Positions 47,105 through 56,394 of a stretch of 64,000 nucleotides of DNA are shown piece after piece (positions within the stretch are counted from its first letter, which is position 1; each line of letters begins with the position of its first letter). This DNA is from a virus: IMG/VR virus record IMGVR_UViG_3300002131_000176, positions 12,476-76,475 of that record; one strand, written 5' to 3'. The notes below the pieces were generated by a model that saw nothing but the letters and a program-made list of their open reading frames with translations, did not search any database and was not told the DNA's origin. The position numbers and the translations under genes are program-made.

Positions 47105-47898
47105 TGTTTGGAACGTATTTTTATCACGAAAAGGTTAGAAAAGCAGTAGCCATTTTTGGGCGTCTGTTCAATAACATATACGTCCTTCGGAAGAACTCTT
47201 CTGGTAGCGTCATTAGCCAAGTGAAAGCGCCATTGTCGTATGCGCCAAAATCCAAATACCTGGAGCGCATTAGAGAAAATCCAAGCCTTACGAATAACAG
47301 TCAAGTAGCAGTTAAATTGCCACGGATGTCATTTGAGATTACATCTTTTGCATATGATACAACACGACAATTAGCAAAGACCAGTTCATTTAATACACTT
47401 GGTTCTGCAGCTACAACAAGACAATCATTCTTTGCACCTGTACCATACACGATTACGTTTCAATTAAATGTGTATGCAAAGTCTCATGATGATGCATTGC
47501 AAATTGTTGAACAGATTCTACCGTTTTTTAATCCTCAGTACACATTGACGATTAAACCATTTCCCGATGCTTACCCAGAGTTTAAAGAGGATGTGCCTAT
47601 TGCGATGCAGTCGGTCTCATTTACAGATGACTATGATGGTGCATTAGAGCAACGAAGAACCATTATATATACTTTAGACTTTGAAATGAAAATTAATTTT
47701 CATGGACCCGTTGCAAATTCTTCTGTTATTACCAGCGCCGTTACTAATTTGTTTCAATCTGGTGTTGGCTTGGCAGATTCTGATATTAAATTAGAAACAC
47801 TTACTACAGTTACAAATCCGCTGGGTGTGTATGGTTCTGCAGATAGTGATTTTGGATTTAATACAACCATTGATTTGTCTTTTGACGACAGCGCCTAA
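47104..47898 (+). CDS. gp15: Tail sheath stabiliser / terminator gp15
   Basis: MFGTYFYHE, APLSYAPK, LPRMSFE, QIVEQILPFFNP. Confidence 0.95.
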   Translation: MFGTYFYHEKVRKAVAIFGRLFNNIYVLRKNSSGSVISQVKAPLSYAPKSKYLERIRENPSLTNNSQVAVKLPRMSFEITSFAYDTTRQLAKTSSFNTLGSAATTRQSFFAPVPYTITFQLNVYAKSHDDALQIVEQILPFFNPQYTLTIKPFPDAYPEFKEDVPIAMQSVSFTDDYDGALEQRRTIIYTLDFEMKINFHGPVANSSVITSAVTNLFQSGVGLADSDIKLETLTTVTNPLGVYGSADSDFGFNTTIDLSFDDSA

Positions 47899-47903
47899 AA
47901 AAT

Positions 47904-48257
47904 ATGAACGATTCTGATTATATCAAAACGGATTACGAATATTCGCGTGAGACATATTATGACTTAATTGAAAAAGGTAAAAGTTCATTAGAGACGATGA
48001 TGGAGGTTGCACGTGAATCAGAGCATCCTAGAGCATTCGAAGTACTTGCAACGATGATTAAAAACGTCAGCGATGTGAACGATAGATTAATGGACCTAAA
48101 TAAAAAGAATAGGGATATTAATCTAAAAGATCAACCCCAAAAACAACAAGCACAAATAGAGAATCAACAGAATAATATATTCTTGGGCTCTACTGCTGAA
48201 TTACAAAAATTATTACAACAGACTAATAATGCCATAGACGTTACACCAAAAACTTAG
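47904..48257 (+). CDS. gp16: Terminase small subunit gp16
   Basis: DYEYSRE, ESEHPRAFEV, NNIFLGSTAELQKLL. Confidence 0.92.
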   Translation: MNDSDYIKTDYEYSRETYYDLIEKGKSSLETMMEVARESEHPRAFEVLATMIKNVSDVNDRLMDLNKKNRDINLKDQPQKQQAQIENQQNNIFLGSTAELQKLLQQTNNAIDVTPKT

Positions 48258-48266
48258 GAGATTCTC

Positions 48267-48527
48267 ATGCAGGAAGTTCAAACAGTACTTAACAGAGTAA
48301 TGCAATTAGAACATTTTTATGTCGAATTTGAGATATCCGAGGACTTTTGTTTTCACGGTAGGTTTCCTTTTAGTCTCATGATTAATGAGCAAGGGTTTGC
48401 TACGGCAAGAGTTGCAGCTTTAACACAAGACGAAGCAGAGGTTTTAGTGTTAAATTATTTTATGCAGTCAGGTGAATATTATTTAATGGATGATGACGAT
48501 GAAGATGATGATGAGGACGAATGGTAA
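48267..48527 (+). CDS. Hypothetical protein with poly-acidic tail
   Basis: 86 aa, GGAG SD, ends DDDDEDDDEDEW; lies between gp16 and gp17. Confidence 0.65.
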   Translation: MQEVQTVLNRVMQLEHFYVEFEISEDFCFHGRFPFSLMINEQGFATARVAALTQDEAEVLVLNYFMQSGEYYLMDDDDEDDDEDEW

Positions 48528-50116
48528 CAAGTGAAAATTATCTTGGCAATCCGAATGTCAAGCGTGATGGCATAAATCAGCAATGGACAACTGAGTTAAT
48601 TCAAGAGTATGCCAAGTGCATGCACGACCCAGCGTACTTTACCGAAAAATACATTAAAGTAATTTCACTCGATAAAGGATTAGTGCCATTTAATCTGTAT
48701 CAATATCAACGTGATATGTTTGTGGAGTTTAATACAAATAGATTTAATATTGTTTTGGCCTGCCGACAGAGTGGTAAATCCATATCTGCTTGTGCCTATT
48801 TGCTCTGGTACGCACTGTTTCACTCAGAGAAAACGATTGTAATTCTTGCCAACAAGGGTGATACTGCACGTGAAATGTTGAGTCGTATTACACTCATGTT
48901 GGAGAATATTCCATTCTTTCTCCAACCTGGTTGTAAGGCACTTAACAAGGGTTCGATCGAGTTCTCAAATAATTCAAGGATCTTGGCTCGTGCAACATCC
49001 GGTTCTTCAGTCCGAGGCTTATCAGTTAACTTATTGTATTTGGACGAGTTTGCTTTTGTTGAACGCGCAACAGAATTCTACACATCTACCTATCCTGTAA
49101 TTGCTGCTGGTACACAAACCAAAGTTATTATCACTTCTACAGCTAATGGTATTGGTAACACATTCCAAAAGATCTGGGAAGGTGCTATTCAAGGTGTAAG
49201 TGAATTTAAACCATTCCGTGTTGATTGGTGGGACGTTCCAGGTAGAGACGAGCGATGGAAGAAACAAACCGTTGCCAATACAAGTCAATTGCAATTTGAC
49301 CAGGAATTTGGAAATACTTTTTTCGGGACAGGTGATACTCTAATTAACGCAGAGACATTGATGGAGTTTAGATCTACTGAACCAATTCGACGATTGGAGA
49401 ATTATTGCCTCAACATTTATAAAGAGACTGTGAAGGGCCATGACTATATCATGACTGTGGATGTAAGTAAGGGAAGAGGACAGGATTATTCTACGTTTAA
49501 CGTGATCGATATTAGTGTGAGTCCATTTGAACAAGTTGCTGTATATCGCAATAATGTTATGTCTCCCATTCTCTTCCCTAATATTATATATAAGTATGCG
49601 AAAATCTACAATGAAGCATACGTGGTAATTGAAGCCAATGATCAAGGCGGTGTTGTCTGCAATGGATTATATCATGATTTAGAATATGAAAATATGCACG
49701 TTGAGTCTGCAATCAAGGCAAATGCGCTTGGTGTTGAAATGACACGTAAAGTAAAACGTCTTGGGTGTTCTGCAATTAAGGATGTATTAGAAAATAATAA
49801 ACTTAAAATTGTAGATGAAAATACAATTTTAGAAATTTCAACGTTCGAAGCTCGTGGTCAGTCATACGAAGCCAGTAATGGTAACCATGACGACTTGATG
49901 ATGAACTTAGTTATGTTTGGATTCTTTGTTTCAACACAGTATTTTAACGATATGACAAATATTGATCTTAAGAAAATGCTCTTTGACCAGCGAATGCAAG
50001 AGATTGATAATGATTTAGTACCCTTTGGGTTTATTGATGACGGCAGCGATCACATTGCGCAAATAGAAACACCACGAGGCGTCGAATGGGCTATTGACTA
50101 TGACCCAAATCTATAA
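48521..50116 (+). CDS. gp17: Terminase large subunit gp17
   Basis: YLGNPNVK, RQSGKS (Walker A), LYLDEFAF (Walker B), DVSKGRGQDYS, HDDL. Confidence 0.97.
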   Translation: MVTSENYLGNPNVKRDGINQQWTTELIQEYAKCMHDPAYFTEKYIKVISLDKGLVPFNLYQYQRDMFVEFNTNRFNIVLACRQSGKSISACAYLLWYALFHSEKTIVILANKGDTAREMLSRITLMLENIPFFLQPGCKALNKGSIEFSNNSRILARATSGSSVRGLSVNLLYLDEFAFVERATEFYTSTYPVIAAGTQTKVIITSTANGIGNTFQKIWEGAIQGVSEFKPFRVDWWDVPGRDERWKKQTVANTSQLQFDQEFGNTFFGTGDTLINAETLMEFRSTEPIRRLENYCLNIYKETVKGHDYIMTVDVSKGRGQDYSTFNVIDISVSPFEQVAVYRNNVMSPILFPNIIYKYAKIYNEAYVVIEANDQGGVVCNGLYHDLEYENMHVESAIKANALGVEMTRKVKRLGCSAIKDVLENNKLKIVDENTILEISTFEARGQSYEASNGNHDDLMMNLVMFGFFVSTQYFNDMTNIDLKKMLFDQRMQEIDNDLVPFGFIDDGSDHIAQIETPRGVEWAIDYDPNL

Positions 50117-50119
50117 ATT

Positions 50120-50127
50120 TATAAATA
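50120..50127 (+). promoter_or_regulatory. T4-type late promoter TATAAATA
   Basis: Exact match upstream of gp18. Confidence 0.85.
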
Positions 50128-50189
50128 ATGGTATATTGAGAAAACAACCGTATTATGAGATCATATCATTAACCTAAAAGGAAAAAAAG

Positions 50190-51977
50190 ATGGCACTTTC
50201 AGCACCTACCGAATCTCCTGCGGTTGTAGTTAGAGAAATTGATTTAACAGGCGGCGTACCGAATGTTCAGTCTACTACAGGCGCAATTGTTGGAGTATAC
50301 AAATGGGGACCAATCGGTCAGCGACAAATTATAGCAAATGAAGCAGAATTAGTAAATACTTTTGCTGCACCAGACGCGACTACTAACGTTTCGTTTTTAT
50401 CAGCTACTCAATTTTTAAAATATTCAAGCACACTTTATGTTGTCCGTGAATCACTTGGACAAGATAGTGGTGATACAAACTCACTAGCATGGTCAAGCGG
50501 ATCACCTAACGCGTCTTATAGACGTCAAGTTAGGAACGAAGAATCATTCAGAACTGTTGAAGCTTCGCTAGCAGCGATTGATAGTGATGGCTTTGGGAAT
50601 GCTGGCAAAATTGAGTTTATTGGTAAATACGCTGGAGCATTAGGCAACAGTTTACAAATTTCAATTCTACCTGCAGACACCACAAATACTAAATTTGACG
50701 CGTGGGCATATTCTAGTAGCTTTGATGCAAAACCTGGGACTTCTATCTATGCTCAAAGCAAAGGTTCTTCAGGCGATGAAGTCCACGTTGCTATTATTGA
50801 CCAGGATGGGGCATTTACCGGCACGAGAGGCACTATTTTAGAGACATTCCCTAATTTGTCTATTTTAAGAGATGCTAAAGACGATGTAGGTTCTACTGTT
50901 TATCTCAAAGAAGTAATCAACGCTAGATCTGAATATGTTAAATTCCTAAATTTTTCTGCAGCACTTGATTCTGCTGGTGCAGGCGATTTAACCGCGTTAA
51001 ACACCTCTTATTTTGTTGATTCTGCCGATAGAGCTCCATCAACAATTTCCATGGTTAATGGTAACGATACACCATTTATTGGTACTGCAGAACTTATTGC
51101 AGGTTATGACTTGTTTGCTGATAAAGATCAAGTAGAAGTTGATTTTATCATTGCACCTAGTCGTACGGCACAAGCAGATCACGTTACGATGGTAAATGAT
51201 TTGGTTGCTAAAGCGGTTGGCCGTAAAGATTGCATAGTTGTTGCATCTCCAGATAGAGCCTCGATTTTAAATACATCGAACGATGCTACAAGAGTTACAA
51301 ATACTGTTGCTACCACTTCGCAGTTTACTAGATCATCATACTTGGTTGTTGATAACAACATGCTAAAAGTGTATGATAAGTACAATGATGCATATCAATT
51401 CATTCCTGCTGCATCAACAGTTGCTGGTATCATGGCTGCTACGGACTTTAACCGGGCCCCTTGGTTCTCACCTGCTGGTTCAAGACGTGGTCAATTGTTA
51501 GGCGTTACTGCTTTGGCATATAGCCCAACAAAAGGTCAACGCGATCAGTTGTATAAAGCTGGCGTTAACCCGATTGCAAATATTCCTGGCCAAGGCGTAT
51601 TGCTCTTTGGTGATAAAACATTCCTCGGCCGTGTGTCTGCCTTTGATAGAATTAACGTAAGACGTTTGTTCTTGGTATTGGAAAGAGCAATTGGTAGAGC
51701 AGCGGAACAAGTCTTGTTTGAATTCAACGATGAATTTACTCGTGCTGAATTCGTTAACATTGTTGAGCCAGTGCTTCGTGAAGTACAAGGCAGACGTGGT
51801 ATCACGGACTTCCGCGTTGTAGCAGACGAAACTAATAATACATCAGCAGTGATTGACAGAAATGAATTCATTGCAAGTATCTTTATTAAGCCTGCACGTT
51901 CCATCAACTTTGTCACACTGAACTTTGTGGCCGTTAGAACTGGCGTCGACTTTGATGAAGTCGTTGGCACAGTTTAA
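50190..51977 (+). CDS. gp18: Tail sheath protein gp18
   Basis: SPAVVVREIDLT, WFSPAGSRRG, LFGDKT, FDRINVRRLF, FIKPARSINF. Confidence 0.97.
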   Translation: MALSAPTESPAVVVREIDLTGGVPNVQSTTGAIVGVYKWGPIGQRQIIANEAELVNTFAAPDATTNVSFLSATQFLKYSSTLYVVRESLGQDSGDTNSLAWSSGSPNASYRRQVRNEESFRTVEASLAAIDSDGFGNAGKIEFIGKYAGALGNSLQISILPADTTNTKFDAWAYSSSFDAKPGTSIYAQSKGSSGDEVHVAIIDQDGAFTGTRGTILETFPNLSILRDAKDDVGSTVYLKEVINARSEYVKFLNFSAALDSAGAGDLTALNTSYFVDSADRAPSTISMVNGNDTPFIGTAELIAGYDLFADKDQVEVDFIIAPSRTAQADHVTMVNDLVAKAVGRKDCIVVASPDRASILNTSNDATRVTNTVATTSQFTRSSYLVVDNNMLKVYDKYNDAYQFIPAASTVAGIMAATDFNRAPWFSPAGSRRGQLLGVTALAYSPTKGQRDQLYKAGVNPIANIPGQGVLLFGDKTFLGRVSAFDRINVRRLFLVLERAIGRAAEQVLFEFNDEFTRAEFVNIVEPVLREVQGRRGITDFRVVADETNNTSAVIDRNEFIASIFIKPARSINFVTLNFVAVRTGVDFDEVVGTV

Positions 51978-51990
51978 GGAGAAATAAAAA

Positions 51991-52518
51991 ATGGCAATTT
52001 TAGGCGTAGATGATTTTAAATCAAAACTCAGAGGTGGTGGCGCACGGCCCAACCTCTTTAAGGCAACCATTAACTTTCCGGGTTATGCCAATGGTGATGC
52101 TGAACTGACTTCATTCTTATGTGAAGCGGCTCAGTTACCTGGCTCAACCTTCGGAATTATTAATGTTCCTTTCCGTGGTCGTATTTTAAAGATGGCTGGT
52201 GACCGTACATTCCCAGAATGGACAGTGACCATCATCAATGATACTGATTTTACTATTCGGAATTCCTTTGAACGTTGGATGAATGGTATCAACTCACATT
52301 CGGCAAATACTGGTCTTGCAGCACCAATTGCATACGAGTCTGATTTGTTTGTTGACCAATTGGATAGAGATGGCGAGTCAGTTAAGCGATATAACTTCCG
52401 TGGTTCATTTCCCACGGATTTATCACCAATTGAGTTAAGTTATGCATCGGCTGACGAAATCGAAAGATTCCAAGTTACGTTTGCGTATCAGTACTTTGAA
52501 TCCGATACTACAACTTAA
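51991..52518 (+). CDS. gp19: Tail tube protein gp19
   Basis: GGARPNLF, VPFRGR.LK.AGDRTF..WTVT. Confidence 0.96.
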   Translation: MAILGVDDFKSKLRGGGARPNLFKATINFPGYANGDAELTSFLCEAAQLPGSTFGIINVPFRGRILKMAGDRTFPEWTVTIINDTDFTIRNSFERWMNGINSHSANTGLAAPIAYESDLFVDQLDRDGESVKRYNFRGSFPTDLSPIELSYASADEIERFQVTFAYQYFESDTTT

Positions 52519-52532
52519 ATATATAAGAGGAC

Positions 52533-52556
52533 GGGGCGGTTTAATCACCGCCCCCT
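52533..52556 (+). terminator. GC-rich hairpin after gp19 (GGGGCGGT-TTAATC-ACCGCCCC)
   Basis: Perfect 8-bp stem with a weak U-tract; terminator or RNA-stabilising hairpin. Confidence 0.5.
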
Positions 52557-52575
52557 TACTCTAAGGATTAATTAA

Positions 52576-54108
52576 ATGGCAGACGAAAAAAGTTTTAAAT
52601 TATTTGGTTTTGAGATAAAGAAGTCTAAAGGAGATGATCCTGCAAAGACCCCGTCGATTGTTCCTGCCAGAGATGATGATGGCGCTGGTTATGTGACAGC
52701 TGGTTCCATGCATTATGGACAATATTTAAATATTGATGGCGATGAGACAAAAGATAACCATCAATTAATTATGCAATACCGTGGTGTAGCTTATCAGCCT
52801 GAGGTTGATATGGCGATTGAAGACATTACTGGTGAAGCAATTTCTACATCAGAACTCAAACAAAACGTTGACATTAATTTAGATAACGTTGAAGATGTTT
52901 CTGACTCTATTAAAAAACAAATCAAGGCTGAATTTGATATTGTTTACAACATGCTTGAATTTGGTGAGTATGGGCATGATATTTTCCGTCGCTGGTATGT
53001 TGACGGCAGACTATACCATCACTTGGTGGTAAATGAATCTAATTTAAAAGCAGGCATTCAGGAAATTAGACCTATTGACGCTTCAAAGATTCGTAAAGTA
53101 AAACAGATTAAAAAGAAAAAAGACCCAGCGACTGGAGTCGAACTTATTGAAAATGTTGATGAGTACTATATTTACCAAGAGAAACCAGGCGCAAGAACTG
53201 GTGGTGTAAAACTTACTGATGATTCGGTAAGCTATGTTACATCTGGGCTCTTGTCTGAGGATCGTAAAAAGATTGTTTCTTATTTGCACAAAGCATTGAA
53301 ACCAATCAACCAGTTGAGAATGATGGAAGACTCTTTAGTCATTTATCGTTTGGCCCGAGCACCAGAACGGCGCATTTTCTATATTGATGTAGGTAACTTA
53401 CCCAAAGGTAAGGCCGAAGAATATATGAAGAATATTATGTCACGCTATCGTAACAAGCTTGTGTATGATGCACAAACAGGTGAGATCCGTGATGATCGTA
53501 AGCATATGTCTATGCTTGAAGATTTTTGGTTGCCTCGCCGTGAAGGCGGTCGTGGTACTGAGATTACTACATTACCAGGTGGTGAAAACCTAGGACAGAT
53601 TGATGATATCTTATATTTTCAAAAGAAACTATATCGTTCATTGAATGTTCCCATTAGTAGATTAGAGCAAGAAAATAACTTTAGTCTAGGTAGATCAACT
53701 GAAATTAGTAGGGACGAATTAAAGTTCCAGAAGTTTATTGATAAATTACGTCGTAGGTTTTCGCATTTGTTCTTGGGTATTCTCAAGAAACAACTTATCC
53801 TTAAAGGTCTTATTACTGAAGAAGATTGGGATGATTGGAAACAGGACATCATTATTGACTACGTCCGTGATAATCATTTTACTGAATTACGTGATGCAGA
53901 GATGTTGCGTGAAAAGATTACAATGTTAGATCAGATGCAGAATTACGTCGGAGAGTTCTTCTCTAAGGAATTCATCTATAAGAAAGTCTTATTGATGAGT
54001 GATGATGAAGTAGAGGATATTAAGAAACAAATCGACGACGAAAAGAAATCAGGTGATATTGCACCAGATGATGAAACGAGTGATGGTGATAACACACCTG
54101 CTCAATAA
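52576..54108 (+). CDS. gp20: Portal vertex protein gp20
   Basis: FRRWYVDGR, RMMEDSLVIYRLARAPERRIFYIDVGNLPK, MLEDFWLPRREGGRGTEI. Confidence 0.98.
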   Translation: MADEKSFKLFGFEIKKSKGDDPAKTPSIVPARDDDGAGYVTAGSMHYGQYLNIDGDETKDNHQLIMQYRGVAYQPEVDMAIEDITGEAISTSELKQNVDINLDNVEDVSDSIKKQIKAEFDIVYNMLEFGEYGHDIFRRWYVDGRLYHHLVVNESNLKAGIQEIRPIDASKIRKVKQIKKKKDPATGVELIENVDEYYIYQEKPGARTGGVKLTDDSVSYVTSGLLSEDRKKIVSYLHKALKPINQLRMMEDSLVIYRLARAPERRIFYIDVGNLPKGKAEEYMKNIMSRYRNKLVYDAQTGEIRDDRKHMSMLEDFWLPRREGGRGTEITTLPGGENLGQIDDILYFQKKLYRSLNVPISRLEQENNFSLGRSTEISRDELKFQKFIDKLRRRFSHLFLGILKKQLILKGLITEEDWDDWKQDIIIDYVRDNHFTELRDAEMLREKITMLDQMQNYVGEFFSKEFIYKKVLLMSDDEVEDIKKQIDDEKKSGDIAPDDETSDGDNTPAQ

Positions 54109-54129
54109 TATAAGCTTTAGGAGAATAAA

Positions 54130-54426
54130 ATGAGTGAAGAGATTAAAGATCTAATTAGACATGCTTTGGACCAAGATTATAATAAGGCAAGTCAAGTATT
54201 TGGTGAAATTATGACCATTAAAACTACCGACTTGTTGAATCAAGAAGAAATTAAAGTCGCTAATAGCATCTATAATGGTGTTGAAGACAGCGAAGAAGAC
54301 GACGAGGACGTTGAAATTGATGACGCTGATTTAGATGACATCGAAGACATTGAAGATACTGACGTCGAAGAAGACAATGAACCAATTGCTGACGACGATG
54401 ATGATGAAGAAGAATCAGAAAATTAA
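54130..54426 (+). CDS. gp67: Prohead core protein gp67-like
   Basis: Small highly acidic protein directly after gp20. Confidence 0.65.
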   Translation: MSEEIKDLIRHALDQDYNKASQVFGEIMTIKTTDLLNQEEIKVANSIYNGVEDSEEDDEDVEIDDADLDDIEDIEDTDVEEDNEPIADDDDDEEESEN

Positions 54427-54445
54427 TTGCCCAAATCTATTTTTA

Positions 54446-54453
54446 TATAAATA
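54446..54453 (+). promoter_or_regulatory. T4-type late promoter TATAAATA
   Basis: Exact match 3 nt before the ATG at 54457. Confidence 0.7.
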
Positions 54454-54456
54454 ATT

Positions 54457-54654
54457 ATGAAAAAGTTTAAAGACGTTCGCACTAAAAAAGAAAAACCAGT
54501 TTATTCAAAACAGGTAAATGGGTTTAGTGTAGAGGTTAGAAAAAACTCTGGCCGATTTGAAGCCTATGTAGATAGCGATTTACTTGATAGCTTTAAAAGC
54601 CAGAATGATGCAGTGAAAGCAGCATCAGAATTTATAAAACAGTACAGGGATTAA
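54457..54654 (+). CDS. gp68: Prohead core protein gp68-like
   Basis: Small basic ORF (MKKFKDVR) between the gp67-like gene and gp21; positional assignment. Confidence 0.5.
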   Translation: MKKFKDVRTKKEKPVYSKQVNGFSVEVRKNSGRFEAYVDSDLLDSFKSQNDAVKAASEFIKQYRD

Positions 54655-54655
54655 G

Positions 54656-55315
54656 ATGAAACTTATTGCAGAATTTCACGACCAAGATTTAAGTGTTCTC
54701 ACCGAAGCCAAAAAAGACGGCGGTAAGAAGTACTACATCGAAGGCGTGTTTGCTCAAGCAGAGCAAAAGAATCGCAATGGTAGAGTCTATCCAAAACCAA
54801 TTATGGAATCTGCTGTCGGTAAATATGTTACTGAGCAGGTTGCAAAAGGTCGATCCGTTGGTGAGTTAAATCACCCTGAGGGTCCAACGGTCAACCTTGA
54901 TAAAGTTTCGCATCTCATTACCAGCCTCCAGTGGGAAGGTAATGATATTGTCGGAAAAGCCGCTATTTTGGATACACCTATGGGTAAGATCGTACAAGGT
55001 CTGCTTGAAGGTGGCGTTCAACTTGGGGTTTCAACTCGTGGTATGGGAAGTCTAGAGCGTAATAATGGCGCGATGGTTGTAAAACCAGATTTTATTCTTA
55101 ATGCAATTGATATTGTACAAGATCCATCTGCACCTGGAGCATTCGTTAATGGGATAATGGAAGGTGTTGATTGGGTTTGGAATAATGGTATTATTGAAGC
55201 TAGGACTATTGAGAAGATGGAGACCGAAATTAAGAAAGCATCAAGAACTGATCTCTATGAGACACAGACACGTGAGTTCAAGAATTTCCTCTCGTTACTC
55301 AAATCAAAAAAATAG
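54656..55315 (+). CDS. gp21: Prohead protease gp21
   Basis: KNRNGRVYP, GELNHP, LGVSTRGMGS, DIVQDPSAP. Confidence 0.97.
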   Translation: MKLIAEFHDQDLSVLTEAKKDGGKKYYIEGVFAQAEQKNRNGRVYPKPIMESAVGKYVTEQVAKGRSVGELNHPEGPTVNLDKVSHLITSLQWEGNDIVGKAAILDTPMGKIVQGLLEGGVQLGVSTRGMGSLERNNGAMVVKPDFILNAIDIVQDPSAPGAFVNGIMEGVDWVWNNGIIEARTIEKMETEIKKASRTDLYETQTREFKNFLSLLKSKK

Positions 55316-55323
55316 GAGTCATA

Positions 55324-56382
55324 ATGACTAAAGACCAGAAAATGGATCAAGTCGAACTCCACGATGAAGAGAACGATATCGTGGAAGCCGCTACTCATGA
55401 TCCTAAAAATGCTGAGGCACAATCTGTGGATTCAGTGGATAAGGCAGGTGATGCTACCGGTACCGCTAAAAAGCGGAAGGGTGACAGCACTAAGCAAGAT
55501 CCTATGCCTAAAACAAAGGCTGGCATGATCAATGCTGCTTATGTTAAAATGCACGGCATGAAGAAGGAAGATCTTGCAATGATGATGTCAAAGTTGATGT
55601 CTGAAGAAATCGATGCTGAAGATGAAGAAGTTGTAGCTGAAAATGCTACCTTTGAATACGAAGCAGATTTTTCATCTGACTTGAATGCTTTGGTTCAATC
55701 AGAAGCTACTCTATCTGAAGAATTCAAGGAAAAAGCTGAAGTTATTTTTGAAGCTGCGATTAAATCTAAGCTATCAGAAGAAATTGACCGCCTCGAAGCT
55801 CGGTACAATGAAGAATTGTCTGAGGAAATCAGTTCAACGAAAGAAGAATTGGTCGAGAAAGTTGACAGCTACCTCAACTACGTAGTTGAAAAGTGGATGG
55901 ACGACAACCGCGTCGCTATTCAATCCGGCCTCCGTGCTGAAATCGCTGAAAAGTTCATGACTGGATTGAAAGATCTATTCGTTGAATCTTACATCGAAAT
56001 CCCAGAAGGTAAGGTTGATATGGTTGACGAGTTGGCCGAATCAGTTGAAGAGCTTGAGTCTAAACTCAATCAAACAACTGCTGATGCTATCGCCATGGCC
56101 GAAGAGCTTGAAGTTTATAAGCGTGATGCTATCATCCGCGAATCTGCTCAAGACCTCGCCGCAACCCAAGTTGAAAAACTCAAGTCCTTGGTTGAAGATA
56201 TTGATTTTGAAGACGCTGATACTTTTGCTAAGAAAGTTCAAACCGTCAAGGAATCATACTTTACCAAGAAAGTTACTGAAAATACCCAAGAAATCACTGA
56301 AGACGAAGATGGTGATATTGCCGTTGTAGCTTCTGGTTCTATGGCTCAGTACTTAAACGCTCTCAAGAAAACCGCAAAATAA
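55324..56382 (+). CDS. gp22: Prohead scaffold protein gp22
   Basis: LSEEFKEKA.VIFEAA, VDSYLNYVVE.W, FAKKV.TVKESYF; acidic coiled coil. Confidence 0.93.
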   Translation: MTKDQKMDQVELHDEENDIVEAATHDPKNAEAQSVDSVDKAGDATGTAKKRKGDSTKQDPMPKTKAGMINAAYVKMHGMKKEDLAMMMSKLMSEEIDAEDEEVVAENATFEYEADFSSDLNALVQSEATLSEEFKEKAEVIFEAAIKSKLSEEIDRLEARYNEELSEEISSTKEELVEKVDSYLNYVVEKWMDDNRVAIQSGLRAEIAEKFMTGLKDLFVESYIEIPEGKVDMVDELAESVEELESKLNQTTADAIAMAEELEVYKRDAIIRESAQDLAATQVEKLKSLVEDIDFEDADTFAKKVQTVKESYFTKKVTENTQEITEDEDGDIAVVASGSMAQYLNALKKTAK

Positions 56383-56394
56383 GGAATATCCAAA

